In this document: positions 40,194-50,043 of the stretch, piece by piece
Position numbering within the stretch: the first letter of the stretch is position 1
Layout: the number at the start of each line of letters is the position of its first letter
IMG/VR virus record: IMGVR_UViG_3300005573_000062
Location: 32,001-96,000 of that record
Reading direction: 5' to 3' (one strand)
Length of the DNA: 64,000 bases
From: a virus
Translations under genes and position numbers: made by a program
Notes under the pieces: generated by a model
The model's database searches: none
What the model saw: only the letters and a program-made list of their open reading frames with translations
What the model was told of the DNA's origin: nothing

Positions 40194-41118
40194 TTTTCTT
40201 TATTTTACAGATTTGCACGCAGATGACGGCAATAACATATTTAATCGAATTGATGATTTCGGTGCTACTACTCTTGCTAAATTAGAAGAGTTGACTTTTA
40301 AAGCTAATGAATTAAATTGTGACATATACTGCGGTGGGGATTTAATTAATAATCCATATTTAAGTCATAGCTATATTAATAAAATAATAAAAATTCTTTC
40401 CAATTTTGATAATACTTTTTATTTAGTTCCAGGAAATCATGATATTTTAGGTAGGAATATTGATTCAGTGAATGAAACAACCATTGGTATTTTTGAAAAG
40501 TCTACAAGTTTTAGATTTAAATTATTAAGGATCGGTTATTTCGAAAGAGAAGGTTTCTATCTTATGAGTAATCCTTATAATGAAGATATTAAAGTTGGTG
40601 ATTTTTCTGACATTTCAAATTTTAAATTTCCAGTCATTTTAGTAGATCATAATATGATAATTCCAGTCGATATGCCCTTTGAAGGGTTAAAGACAGATTT
40701 ATTATCTGGATATTTTAGAAGAGGGAGTTTAGTTTTATGTGGTCATTGGCATAGCCCTTTTCATAAGAAATATGATAATGTTGAATTTGTCAATATCGGT
40801 TCTGCGGGAAGATTAAATAGAAAATTAGATCAAAGAAATCCTCAATATATGATTGTAACTCTAGATTCTGGCAAATATAGTTATGATATTGTAAATTTTT
40901 CATGTGCTAAGTTATACAACGAAGTATTCAGACAAGACGATTCAGTACATATTAAATTAGAAGAATTGAATTTAAATAAGTATATTTCTGAGAATATTAA
41001 TACATCTGATTTAATATCCATAGTAAAAACAGTGGGTGAGGATAAAAAGATAGATAATGATATTATCGAAGAATTAATTAAAAAAATAGAGTTTTTTCAG
41101 TCGAAATGCAAAGTTTAA
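40186..41118 (+). CDS. SbcD/Mre11 nuclease
   Basis: TDLH, GGD, PGNHD, H, GHWH, N.GS..R. Confidence 0.88.
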   Translation: MYNFLYFTDLHADDGNNIFNRIDDFGATTLAKLEELTFKANELNCDIYCGGDLINNPYLSHSYINKIIKILSNFDNTFYLVPGNHDILGRNIDSVNETTIGIFEKSTSFRFKLLRIGYFEREGFYLMSNPYNEDIKVGDFSDISNFKFPVILVDHNMIIPVDMPFEGLKTDLLSGYFRRGSLVLCGHWHSPFHKKYDNVEFVNIGSAGRLNRKLDQRNPQYMIVTLDSGKYSYDIVNFSCAKLYNEVFRQDDSVHIKLEELNLNKYISENINTSDLISIVKTVGEDKKIDNDIIEELIKKIEFFQSKCKV

Positions 41119-41972
41119 ATACTATGAAAACAAAGACAAATGATATTGAAACATTGTTAGAGTCTTTTAAGAAAAGTGTAACTAAATATAATGATTTAAA
41201 ATCAAAAATAGAATTGCTGAACGATTTTATTTCTAAAGAAAAAGTAAAGATAAAAGAAGAGTTATCAAAATTAGGTATAGAAGATAGTAAAAAACTAGAA
41301 TTAAAAATCAATGAATTAAATGAAAAAATACTGAATGATGTCGATTTTTTATCTCTTAGGGCTAAATATGATGATTTGATTAGGGAACAAAATAAATTAT
41401 TTGGTGAAATGAATACTTATAATACTTTAAAAAAAGAAAAAGAAAATAAAACAATAGAATTGAAAAAAAGATTAGAAAAAGTTGAAAAGATGATAGCTTT
41501 TGTTATAAATTTAAATGAAGTTATAAAAGTTAAATTAATAGGTTATATTGAAGAAGTTGTGACTAGATCACTTAATCAGATCTTTAAAGTTGATCATTTT
41601 AAATTTAGAATTTCATTCGATACCCATGGTTCTACTCCTATTTCTAATTTTTATTTGATAGAAAATGGGATAGAAAAAGATGTTATTAATTCTTTTGGTG
41701 GAGGGGTAGCAGACATTGTCGGAATTGTTCTTAGGCTTGTTCTTTTGGAATTACAATATCCTAAAAATACAGCGCCGATTGTTTTAGATGAAACTGGCAA
41801 ATTTATTTCTAACGATTATCAAGCTAGTTTTTCTGACTTTTTAAAGAATTGGTCTATGACTTTTAAACGACAAATTATTATTATATCACATAAAACTGAA
41901 GTTATAGGATTTAGTGATAGAATTATTGAAATAAAGAAAGAGAAACATTCGTTTCCTATAATAAAAAAATGA
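41106..41972 (+). CDS. SbcC/Rad50 ATPase, C-terminal half
   Basis: Coiled coil, then signature-like FGGG, Walker B IVLDE and H-loop IISH. Confidence 0.85.
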   Translation: MQSLNTMKTKTNDIETLLESFKKSVTKYNDLKSKIELLNDFISKEKVKIKEELSKLGIEDSKKLELKINELNEKILNDVDFLSLRAKYDDLIREQNKLFGEMNTYNTLKKEKENKTIELKKRLEKVEKMIAFVINLNEVIKVKLIGYIEEVVTRSLNQIFKVDHFKFRISFDTHGSTPISNFYLIENGIEKDVINSFGGGVADIVGIVLRLVLLELQYPKNTAPIVLDETGKFISNDYQASFSDFLKNWSMTFKRQIIIISHKTEVIGFSDRIIEIKKEKHSFPIIKK

Positions 41973-41991
41973 TATAACATACCTTTTAAAT
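41973..41991 (+). promoter_or_regulatory. candidate phage late promoter motif
   Basis: TATAACATACCTTTTAAAT just before the ATG at 41995. Confidence 0.5.
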
Positions 41992-41994
41992 TAG

Positions 41995-42822
41995 ATGAAA
42001 AAGTTAAGAGCTCGTCATCTTGCTATCTTTGATCTTCATATTCCTCATCATGTTCATTTAGAAGAAGTTTATAAATTTATAAGATGGTATAAACCAACAG
42101 ATTTGATAATAGGTGGGGATTTTTTAAATTTAGAATGGGCAAGTCATTGGAATGCTCCTGATTTTCCTATTATTGGATTAAGTAAATTATCTAATTGGTT
42201 AAAAGAAGAGTTCGAGACTGGAAAAGAAATTTTAAATACACTTAGAAAAGTATCGAATAAAGATGTTGTTATCTATTATATTCCTGGAAACCATGAAAAT
42301 TGGTTAAGACAGATGGTAACAAAATATCCAAGTCTTTTGGATAATGTTCACTTAATGAATGTAGATGATATTAATTCAGAAACTGATTTTTCTAGCTATT
42401 CTAAGCAGTTTTTAGCTTTGCTATTAAATTCAGTCCTAGAATTATATAAATTTAAGATAAAAGTGCTTCCTCTTGACGTTCCACTTTATCTTAATAGAAT
42501 ATATTACATTCACGGTCATCAAGTTAGGGGAATGAATCCGGCTAAAAATGCAGTTGAAAAATTTAAAAAAACAATCGTTTTTGGACACTTTCATACTCAT
42601 TCTATTTATACTTCTACAAGTTTGATAGATAGCAAAGAGATACATCAGGGGATTTGTGTCCCGTGTTTATCAAATTTAGATCCAGGATACATCAGTTCTT
42701 TAGCTAACAACTGGCTAAATGGATTTTATATTGCTAATTGTTATGATGACTATTTTGTTTCAAATGTTATTCCTATTATTAATGGAAAAGTAAGTTTATT
42801 AAATGGAAACTTATTAAGTTAA
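41995..42822 (+). CDS. calcineurin-like metallophosphoesterase
   Basis: DLH, GGD, GNHE, HG, GHFH. Confidence 0.85.
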   Translation: MKKLRARHLAIFDLHIPHHVHLEEVYKFIRWYKPTDLIIGGDFLNLEWASHWNAPDFPIIGLSKLSNWLKEEFETGKEILNTLRKVSNKDVVIYYIPGNHENWLRQMVTKYPSLLDNVHLMNVDDINSETDFSSYSKQFLALLLNSVLELYKFKIKVLPLDVPLYLNRIYYIHGHQVRGMNPAKNAVEKFKKTIVFGHFHTHSIYTSTSLIDSKEIHQGICVPCLSNLDPGYISSLANNWLNGFYIANCYDDYFVSNVIPIINGKVSLLNGNLLS

Positions 42823-42832
42823 GGAGTTTTGT

Positions 42833-43792
42833 ATGAATATTGAAGAAATCATAAAAAAGATGATACAGGATGAATTTTCAGAAATCGATTGGACTGAATC
42901 AACTGAGAAAATAGAAAAAGATCTCATAGATTCAGTTTCTAAAAAAATTGAGATGTATCCAGAAATGAAGAATACTAATATTAAAGAAATAGTTCAAAGA
43001 TATGTCAAACAAATTGTATCTGAATTGGAGAAAATGGATCAATCTACAATCTTAAGATTGTTTAACAATTTTGTATACGATATTCAGAATTACGAACATT
43101 TGCCTTATTCATTAGATCCTAATGAACAATTTGAATCTCTTTTTGATTTATTTTACAAACAATTTAATAATAATAAAATTTTAGAATACAAAGATGAGTT
43201 GAAAAAATATTATCTAAATTTAATGGAAGAATCTCCTGTAGTATCTGAAGTTAAAAATATACTAAAGGATACAGAAGATCTCAAAGATTTCTTAATTTCA
43301 TCATTACATGACGAATTAGCTAATGATACAGAGGCTTTAGATATAAAATACGACGATGATAAAGATGTAGTAATAAATAAATTATATAAATATTTAAAAA
43401 CGACAGAATTTTACAAAACATTAATTTCTAATTTTGGAATAACTGATGAATATCTCTATGAGTTTTTAGATTTAATATATCTTGATGTATTGAAACGATT
43501 AGGAATTCCTAACGAAAATGTACAAAAAACACTTTCTAAGAAAGATGTTAGAGATAGAGCAGCAAAATTATTTCAAAGATATATGGAAATGATTCAAGAT
43601 CCAACTGCAGATAAAAAAGAATTGAATAAGCTTTTAACTCAATATAAATCTCTTATTTCAGAAGCTTCATTTAAATGTTTACTTGTTATGAAAGCAATTA
43701 TTGATGATGATTTAGATCATTCTTTTTTTAAACTTTCAAAAGAAGGTCAGATCGAAGTTATGTATTTAATTAAAAAAGCATTTCTACAATAA
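42833..43792 (+). CDS. acidic helical hypothetical protein
   Basis: 319 aa ORF with AGGAG RBS. Confidence 0.7.
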   Translation: MNIEEIIKKMIQDEFSEIDWTESTEKIEKDLIDSVSKKIEMYPEMKNTNIKEIVQRYVKQIVSELEKMDQSTILRLFNNFVYDIQNYEHLPYSLDPNEQFESLFDLFYKQFNNNKILEYKDELKKYYLNLMEESPVVSEVKNILKDTEDLKDFLISSLHDELANDTEALDIKYDDDKDVVINKLYKYLKTTEFYKTLISNFGITDEYLYEFLDLIYLDVLKRLGIPNENVQKTLSKKDVRDRAAKLFQRYMEMIQDPTADKKELNKLLTQYKSLISEASFKCLLVMKAIIDDDLDHSFFKLSKEGQIEVMYLIKKAFLQ

Positions 43793-43803
43793 ATATATTT
43801 TCA

Positions 43804-43832
43804 TTGAATAATTCTAAGAATTTATATATAAT
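43804..43832 (+). promoter_or_regulatory. sigma70-type promoter (leaderless)
   Basis: TTGAAT-17-TATAAT, ATG 7 nt downstream. Confidence 0.75.
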
Positions 43833-43839
43833 ATATTAG

Positions 43840-44394
43840 ATGACAAAGTATAAAGTTATTTTAGCAGATCCACCTTGGCTATATAACGATAAAGGAAGTA
43901 ACAAGCATCCTGGAGCCCCTAGAAAATATGATTGTTTGAATATAAATGAACTTCAATCTTTGTCGATGGATTTAATAGCTGATGACAATTGTGTCTTATT
44001 TTTATGGTCAACGATGCCTATGCTCCCCAATGCTATAAGAGTAGTAGAATCCTGGGGTTTTAAGTATAAAACTATCGGTTTTGTTTGGGTTAAACGTAAT
44101 AAGAAGAAAAAAGATGGGTGGTTTTATGGGATGGGTAATTGGACGAGATCTAATCCGGAAGTTGTAATTTTGGCAGTTAAAGGTAAGCCTAAAAGAGTTT
44201 CAGCTGCTGTTCATAGTATTATAGAAGCCCCAGTAAGAATTCATAGTCAAAAGCCAGATGAGTTATATGAACGTATAGAGAAGTTATGTGGGGATGTTCC
44301 TAGAATTGAATTGTTTGCTAGAAAAAGACGGGAAGGATGGGATAGCATGGGGTATGAAATAGACGGGAAAGATATTAGAGAAATTCTAAAGTAA
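43840..44394 (+). CDS. MT-A70 family N6-adenine methyltransferase
   Basis: ADPPW, LFLW, WGF.YKT..FVWVK, HSQKP, IELFAR. Confidence 0.92.
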   Translation: MTKYKVILADPPWLYNDKGSNKHPGAPRKYDCLNINELQSLSMDLIADDNCVLFLWSTMPMLPNAIRVVESWGFKYKTIGFVWVKRNKKKKDGWFYGMGNWTRSNPEVVILAVKGKPKRVSAAVHSIIEAPVRIHSQKPDELYERIEKLCGDVPRIELFARKRREGWDSMGYEIDGKDIREILK

Positions 44395-44405
44395 GGAGAA
44401 TTAAC

Positions 44406-44810
44406 ATGGAAAATCAAGAAATTCTTTATTCATCTGTTACTTCTGATGATGAAAAATTAATAGATACGTTATTTTCTACTTTTAATAGATTTAGATTCAT
44501 CGAAAAGGAGCATCTTTTTATTGTATATAGTCATAAATCGTTTAAAGATCATATAAAAATAGTTAAAATTCCTTCATATCTTAGTCTTTTTTTACCTAAA
44601 AAGATTGCTATTATAATAGATAAAGAAAATTGGGGCTATTTAGATAAGAATGCTAAACTAGCTCTTTTATTTTCTGTCTTTCTTAGAATAACTCCAGGCA
44701 AAAAAGAGCAATATAAATTAATTCCTCCAGATTTAAAAGGTTTTAAAGAAGCTCTTAAACTTTTCGGTATAGATAATGAGAAAGCGAATGAAGTGTTTAA
44801 AACGATATGA
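44406..44810 (+). CDS. phage metallopeptidase-like protein, lacking HExxH
   Basis: I.ID...W..L......LL and PD..GF......FG pattern, but no metal-binding His/Glu. Confidence 0.35.
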   Translation: MENQEILYSSVTSDDEKLIDTLFSTFNRFRFIEKEHLFIVYSHKSFKDHIKIVKIPSYLSLFLPKKIAIIIDKENWGYLDKNAKLALLFSVFLRITPGKKEQYKLIPPDLKGFKEALKLFGIDNEKANEVFKTI

Positions 44811-47065
44811 AAAAAGTGTTGGATGGCTATTTTGATTCAGACTACGTATATTTAATTCAAAAGGATATAGTTGGTAAGTATGAAGAAAAGATTCCTTTTG
44901 ATTGGTATTTTTATTCAGACTATTCTTTTATTGAATACATATTGAAAAATTCAAGTGTAGATTCTTTTAAAAAAGCTTTTAATATATCTAAAATCATTGT
45001 AAAAAAGCCATATTGTCAAATTTTTATTCCATACGAAAATTCCAAAAGTTTAATATCTACAATTGAAAGATATGGATTTAAAACATATGAGGGAGAAGTT
45101 GATCCAATTAAACGTTATATTATCGATTCAGAAGATTGTCAAATATCTGATGAATATAAAATATTATATTTTGATATAGAAACAGATGATAGACCAAATG
45201 CAGATAATAGTACCGATATTATTGTAGGTTCTAAATCAATTCTTAGTATTTCTGGATATTGTTCGGAAACGGATTATTTTACTATTTGTGAGGATAGCGA
45301 AATAGAAGTTCTTAGAAAAGCATTGGAAAAATTTAAAGAGTATGATATTATCGTTGGTTGGAATTCTAAGAGTTTTGACTTACCTTATATTATTAATAGA
45401 TTGAATTTTTATAAATCAAAAGGATTAGATATTGTTAAAGAAGTTAAGTTTGATTGGCATAGAATTATACATGTAGACTTAATGTGGAGATTTAAACATG
45501 TATATCAGCATAATTCAGTTCTTACTTCTTTTAGTTTAAAGAGGGTTTCTGAATATTTTAAAGTAGGAGCAAAATTAGATTTAAATAATAGAAAGATTTA
45601 TGATCTATTTATTAATGATAGAGAACTTTTAATGAAGTACAATCTTCAGGATTGTCGTTTGTTGTATGAACTTGAAAGTAAGTTAGGCATTATTCAGCAT
45701 ATGATTAGCATGGCTATTTTTTGTAAAACTTTTTTATCTGATTTTTATATCACTGAGTTATTGAATAACATTTCATTAATATATTCAAACAAATATAATA
45801 TTAGATTGGAAACTAAAAAATTTATTAATGAAAAGAAGGAAGAGTATGTAGGAGGGTATGTTTTAGATCCAGTTTCCGGTCTTCATCGAAATGTCTATAT
45901 CTTTGATTTTCAATCTCTTTATCCGAATATCATACGAACTTGGAATGTTTCTCCTGACACGCTTTTGAATGAATCGAATGGAGATTGTATAAAAAGTTGT
46001 TTAGATGGGGTATTTTTCAAGAAAGATAAAATGGGATTACTCCCGTCGATAGAAACATATCTTTTGAATTTGAGAAATGAATATAAAGAAAAGAAAAAAG
46101 CACTTAAAAAAGAAGGCAAGGAAAATTCAGTTGATTATTCTGTAGCAGATAGAAATGAAAAAATTATAAAAGAACTAGCAAATTCAGTGTATGGGGCTAC
46201 AGCAAACAATAGATCTAGATTCTTTGATCTTAGATTAGCTGAATCAATTACATTAGCTGGTCAAACATTAATTAAATTTGCTAAAAAATTTTTTACAGAT
46301 TTAGGATTCGTTGTTGTTTCTGGGGATACAGATTCTATTATGGTTTCTCTTAAAGATGGGTCAGACTATAAATTTTTATTAGATAAATTTCACGCTGAAT
46401 TGGACAAATTTTTATTTTCAACTTATAATACTTTGAATCCTACCACTCGTTTTAAATATGAAAAACGATTTGATAAATTTATTGTTATTAAGAAAAAAAA
46501 TTATGTGGGTAGAGTAATAGATGATGGATCTCCATGCGATACAATTTACGCTAAAGGGTTAGAGTTGATTAAGAAAGATACGATAAAATATACTAGAGAA
46601 AGATTGTCAGAATTGATAAAGAATTTATTATACACTGATAATCCATTAGATTTCTATGTTAAATATATAGAAGACGAATGGGAAAAGATAAATACGATTA
46701 ATGTAAATCCAGAAGATATAGTAATAACTAAGAAGATTTCTAAAGATTTTTCTGAATATAAATCTCTTCCTATGCAGGTTAAAATTGCTAAAAAAGTCTG
46801 GAATTCTAACAATAAAGATTTTTTTATCGGAATGGACTTTCAATATGTGATTAAAGATTCTCTAGACAAAGAGAATAAAGCTATCTGGGTAGGTGAATTT
46901 GATGGTAAATTCGATAGAAATTATTATTGGGAACACCTTATTTATCCACCTTTTAGGAGAATTTTAGAGGTCGTATTTCCATCGTATCAATGGGATAAGT
47001 ATGAACATGGTAAATATTGGATTAAACCGAGTCGTTCCAGAAAAAAGGCATTGAAAAAAAGTTAA
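44807..47065 (+). CDS. family B DNA polymerase
   Basis: Exo FDIETD, GWN...FD, YN..D; pol DFQSLYP, K...NSVYG, GDTDS, KKNY. Confidence 0.95.
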   Translation: MKKVLDGYFDSDYVYLIQKDIVGKYEEKIPFDWYFYSDYSFIEYILKNSSVDSFKKAFNISKIIVKKPYCQIFIPYENSKSLISTIERYGFKTYEGEVDPIKRYIIDSEDCQISDEYKILYFDIETDDRPNADNSTDIIVGSKSILSISGYCSETDYFTICEDSEIEVLRKALEKFKEYDIIVGWNSKSFDLPYIINRLNFYKSKGLDIVKEVKFDWHRIIHVDLMWRFKHVYQHNSVLTSFSLKRVSEYFKVGAKLDLNNRKIYDLFINDRELLMKYNLQDCRLLYELESKLGIIQHMISMAIFCKTFLSDFYITELLNNISLIYSNKYNIRLETKKFINEKKEEYVGGYVLDPVSGLHRNVYIFDFQSLYPNIIRTWNVSPDTLLNESNGDCIKSCLDGVFFKKDKMGLLPSIETYLLNLRNEYKEKKKALKKEGKENSVDYSVADRNEKIIKELANSVYGATANNRSRFFDLRLAESITLAGQTLIKFAKKFFTDLGFVVVSGDTDSIMVSLKDGSDYKFLLDKFHAELDKFLFSTYNTLNPTTRFKYEKRFDKFIVIKKKNYVGRVIDDGSPCDTIYAKGLELIKKDTIKYTRERLSELIKNLLYTDNPLDFYVKYIEDEWEKINTINVNPEDIVITKKISKDFSEYKSLPMQVKIAKKVWNSNNKDFFIGMDFQYVIKDSLDKENKAIWVGEFDGKFDRNYYWEHLIYPPFRRILEVVFPSYQWDKYEHGKYWIKPSRSRKKALKKS

Positions 47066-47079
47066 AAACGTTATATAAT
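47051..47079 (+). promoter_or_regulatory. sigma70-type promoter of the nucleotide-modification operon
   Basis: TTGAAA-17-TATAAT, ATG 8 nt downstream. Confidence 0.75.
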
Positions 47080-47087
47080 ATAAACAT

Positions 47088-47783
47088 ATGAGAGAGTGTA
47101 TAAGATGTGGGAAAAGTATTCCTAGTATTCCTGGAGTAGATAAATGTATAAGTTGTTATAATAAATCGAGAGATTTTAAAAAATTAAAAATTTCTGAATA
47201 CTTCGGTATGTTTCCTTTGGATTTTGGTTGGAGTTTTTATTTGACACCTGAGGAATATTCTTTAATTCCAGAAACGAGATCTCTAGGAATGTATTTTAAA
47301 CCTTTTGTTTATGAGATATTAAATAAAATAGAAAAGAAAAATAAAATAGTAAAATTTTTTAAAGATATTGTTTTTAAATATAGTGAAATATCTACTTGTA
47401 ATAGAAGAAAGGTTGGAGCAATTATTACCATTAATGATCGAATAATTTCAACTGGGACGAATGGTAGTGTATCAGGACTGCCTCATTGTGATGAAGATGG
47501 GTGTTTAATAGAGGACAATCATTGTGTTAGGACTGTTCATGCTGAAATTAATGCAATATTAAATTGTGCAAATCTTGGAATTTCATTAAAAGATTCAATA
47601 TTATATTCTACTGATTTTCCTTGTTTTAGATGTATATCTGCTATTGGCAATTCAGTTATTAAGTCAGTTGTCTATTTTAGAGACTACAAGGATAAATATA
47701 ATAAAAAGATTTTATCTGGAATATCACATAGGATAAATTTTTATTATTTCGATGGTAATCTCATTAGGAGGAATAATGGATAG
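47088..47783 (+). CDS. dCMP deaminase with N-terminal Zn ribbon
   Basis: STC.RRKVGA, TG.NG, HAEINA, PCFRC. Confidence 0.9.
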   Translation: MRECIRCGKSIPSIPGVDKCISCYNKSRDFKKLKISEYFGMFPLDFGWSFYLTPEEYSLIPETRSLGMYFKPFVYEILNKIEKKNKIVKFFKDIVFKYSEISTCNRRKVGAIITINDRIISTGTNGSVSGLPHCDEDGCLIEDNHCVRTVHAEINAILNCANLGISLKDSILYSTDFPCFRCISAIGNSVIKSVVYFRDYKDKYNKKILSGISHRINFYYFDGNLIRRNNG

Positions 47784-48039
47784 ATATAATATACCGAAAG
47801 GAAATAGTAATTTGAGTGAAATCCTTGGGTTGTTGAATACTAACGATTTCTATTTTCATATAACGTTAACGGCTCTCATTGAGCTATTAAAAGAAAAGAA
47901 AGGGCCGGACGGTAATCCTTTGATTACTGAGGAAGAAATAGAAATTAAAATCAAAGACGTTAGAGATAGAACAATGAATCAATTGAAAATAATTTCACCA
48001 GCAGCTGGAAAGATAATAACTGATAAGGAGATAAAATGA
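47776..48039 (+). CDS. hypothetical protein
   Basis: AGGAGG before ATG 47776. Confidence 0.65.
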   Translation: MDRYNIPKGNSNLSEILGLLNTNDFYFHITLTALIELLKEKKGPDGNPLITEEEIEIKIKDVRDRTMNQLKIISPAAGKIITDKEIK

Positions 48040-48434
48040 AAAAACTAATAGTAATAAGTATATTATTGATAGCATCTGCAGTAAAAGCAGAGATGTTTTC
48101 AAACCTGCAACCTGCATCATTTAGGGATGTTCAGCATGGAGTATGGTATTTTGGTGGTACTACTAATGTGTATAAATATAAAGTAGTATCACTTGATGTT
48201 GGTCTGATTAAAAATTCAGAGATCCAGGAGAATCTATTTCCAATTGGCGGTATCATGTTTTATGGAAGAGAATTTCTTGCAAATAATCCCAAATTAGCTA
48301 AATTGTCAGAAAGCATAGATTTTGACAAGAATCTACTTAAATATATTAACATTGGATTTTGGGGTGGAAAGAATTTTAACGTTAGTAAATGGATGTGGGG
48401 ATTCTACTTTGGATTCAGAATTGAAATTAAATAA
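48036..48434 (+). CDS. secreted beta-strand protein (outer-membrane-like)
   Basis: Signal peptide MKKLIVISILLIASAVKA; terminal amphipathic aromatic strand WGFYFGFRIEI. Confidence 0.6.
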   Translation: MKKLIVISILLIASAVKAEMFSNLQPASFRDVQHGVWYFGGTTNVYKYKVVSLDVGLIKNSEIQENLFPIGGIMFYGREFLANNPKLAKLSESIDFDKNLLKYINIGFWGGKNFNVSKWMWGFYFGFRIEIK

Positions 48435-48772
48435 TGGAGAATAATATGGATATAGATAATACTCAAGCTAAATTAAAGGAATGGAGATCAAAAAATTTTA
48501 AGGAAATAACAGATCAACAACAATTGATGGGAATAATGGAAGAAGTAGGAGAGTTATCACACGCTATGCTTAAGTGGAAACAAGGGATCAGAGGATATGA
48601 TAAAAAAAGAGCATATGAAGAAATGCAGGATGCTATTGGAGATATGATTATATTTGCGATGGGATTGTGTGATGTTTATGGATGGAAGATGTCTGATATA
48701 ATTAAAAAGACTTCTGATTATGTTTTGACTAGGGATTGGAATAAAAATAAAATAGACGGGCATAATAAATGA
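48434..48772 (+). CDS. MazG-like nucleotide pyrophosphohydrolase
   Basis: EEVGEL...DAIGD. Confidence 0.88.
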   Translation: MENNMDIDNTQAKLKEWRSKNFKEITDQQQLMGIMEEVGELSHAMLKWKQGIRGYDKKRAYEEMQDAIGDMIIFAMGLCDVYGWKMSDIIKKTSDYVLTRDWNKNKIDGHNK

Positions 48773-50043
48773 CAATTATCGATACTATTATAATTGGGGC
48801 AGGGCCTACTGGATTGAGTGCCGCTTATCAACTAAATAAGTTAGGCAAAGATTTTGTTCTATTCGAAAGAACTAATAAAATTGGTGGATTATGCGGCACT
48901 TTTGGGGATAGTATTATATTTGATAAAACTTCTCATATATTTTTTTCTAAAGATCCTGAGATTCTAAAATTAGTTAATGTTTTTGATCTTAATATATATA
49001 ATAGAAGAGCAGTTGTTAACGTTAATAAATATTTAATTCCTTTCCCTGTTCAAAATAATATTGGGTCCTTTCCAGATGAAATAAAAATTCAGATTTTAAA
49101 AGAAGTGTGTAGTTTAAAAAATAAGAAATCAAACAATTATAAAGATCATTTAATAAATACTTTTGGGAAAACTTTATTTTCAACTGTATTAAAAGATTAT
49201 AATAGTAAAGTTTGGAACTATGATTTATCTAAAATGGGGACATACTGGTTTGACGGTAGAATATGTTTGTTGACGATGGAGCAAATATTAAATTCAATGA
49301 TTAATAAGAAATCTTGGGGTCCTAATAGTATATTTTATTATCCAGTAGGATCTTTTTTTAATAGACTTTTTACTCCTCTTATAAAAGATATACCATCTGA
49401 TCGAATATTATTTAATACAGTAATAACTAATATTGATCTCGTAAATAAGAAAGTAGTAGTTAATAATAAACATGAATTTAAATATAATAATTTAATATCT
49501 ACGATGCCTTTAGTTTCTCTTTGTAAAATGTTAAAACTAAAATGTGATTTTCCTTATACTGATGTCATAAATGATGCTATTAGTGTAAAATTGGATTCCC
49601 CAGTCGATCATAAATTTCATTGGATGTACTATTCAAATCCTAAATTTCCTTATTATCGAATTTTTAATTTATCTTCAGTCAATACTTCAATATCTAACAC
49701 TGAATTACGATTTTTATGTGAAATCTCTTTTAAAGACAATTCTGTTCCATCACATAATGTTGAGGCTTTGTTAGGTCAAATTTTATATGATTTTGGTATT
49801 ATGCAACCTTATGAAGTTAAGATTGTTAATTCTTATCATGTTAAGTATGCTTATCCTATTCCAATAATAGGTTTAGAGAAAAGAGTTAAAAAGATTCTTG
49901 ATTTTCTGGATTCTAAGAATATTTATTCAAGAGGAAGATTTGGTGCATGGAGTTATAAGTATGGCAACACTGACCATGCTATTAGATACGGTTTAGATGT
50001 TGCTAATAGAATCGCAGAAAACAAAAAGGAGTCATTAGTATGA
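48769..50043 (+). CDS. FAD-dependent UDP-galactopyranose mutase-like enzyme (eukaryote-type motifs)
   Basis: GAGPTGL, H.FFS, P.QNN, YN.KVW, WGPN..F.YP, PYYR, YAYP.P, GRFGAW.Y..GN.DH. Confidence 0.75.
   Translation: MTIIDTIIIGAGPTGLSAAYQLNKLGKDFVLFERTNKIGGLCGTFGDSIIFDKTSHIFFSKDPEILKLVNVFDLNIYNRRAVVNVNKYLIPFPVQNNIGSFPDEIKIQILKEVCSLKNKKSNNYKDHLINTFGKTLFSTVLKDYNSKVWNYDLSKMGTYWFDGRICLLTMEQILNSMINKKSWGPNSIFYYPVGSFFNRLFTPLIKDIPSDRILFNTVITNIDLVNKKVVVNNKHEFKYNNLISTMPLVSLCKMLKLKCDFPYTDVINDAISVKLDSPVDHKFHWMYYSNPKFPYYRIFNLSSVNTSISNTELRFLCEISFKDNSVPSHNVEALLGQILYDFGIMQPYEVKIVNSYHVKYAYPIPIIGLEKRVKKILDFLDSKNIYSRGRFGAWSYKYGNTDHAIRYGLDVANRIAENKKESLV

Noticed and set aside
48769-50043. Protoporphyrinogen oxidase (haem synthesis auxiliary gene)
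   Set aside because: It shares only the FAD fold; WGPN, YR, YP.P and GRFGAW.Y..GN.DH match UGM-type enzymes, and the neighbouring gene is a glycosyltransferase.
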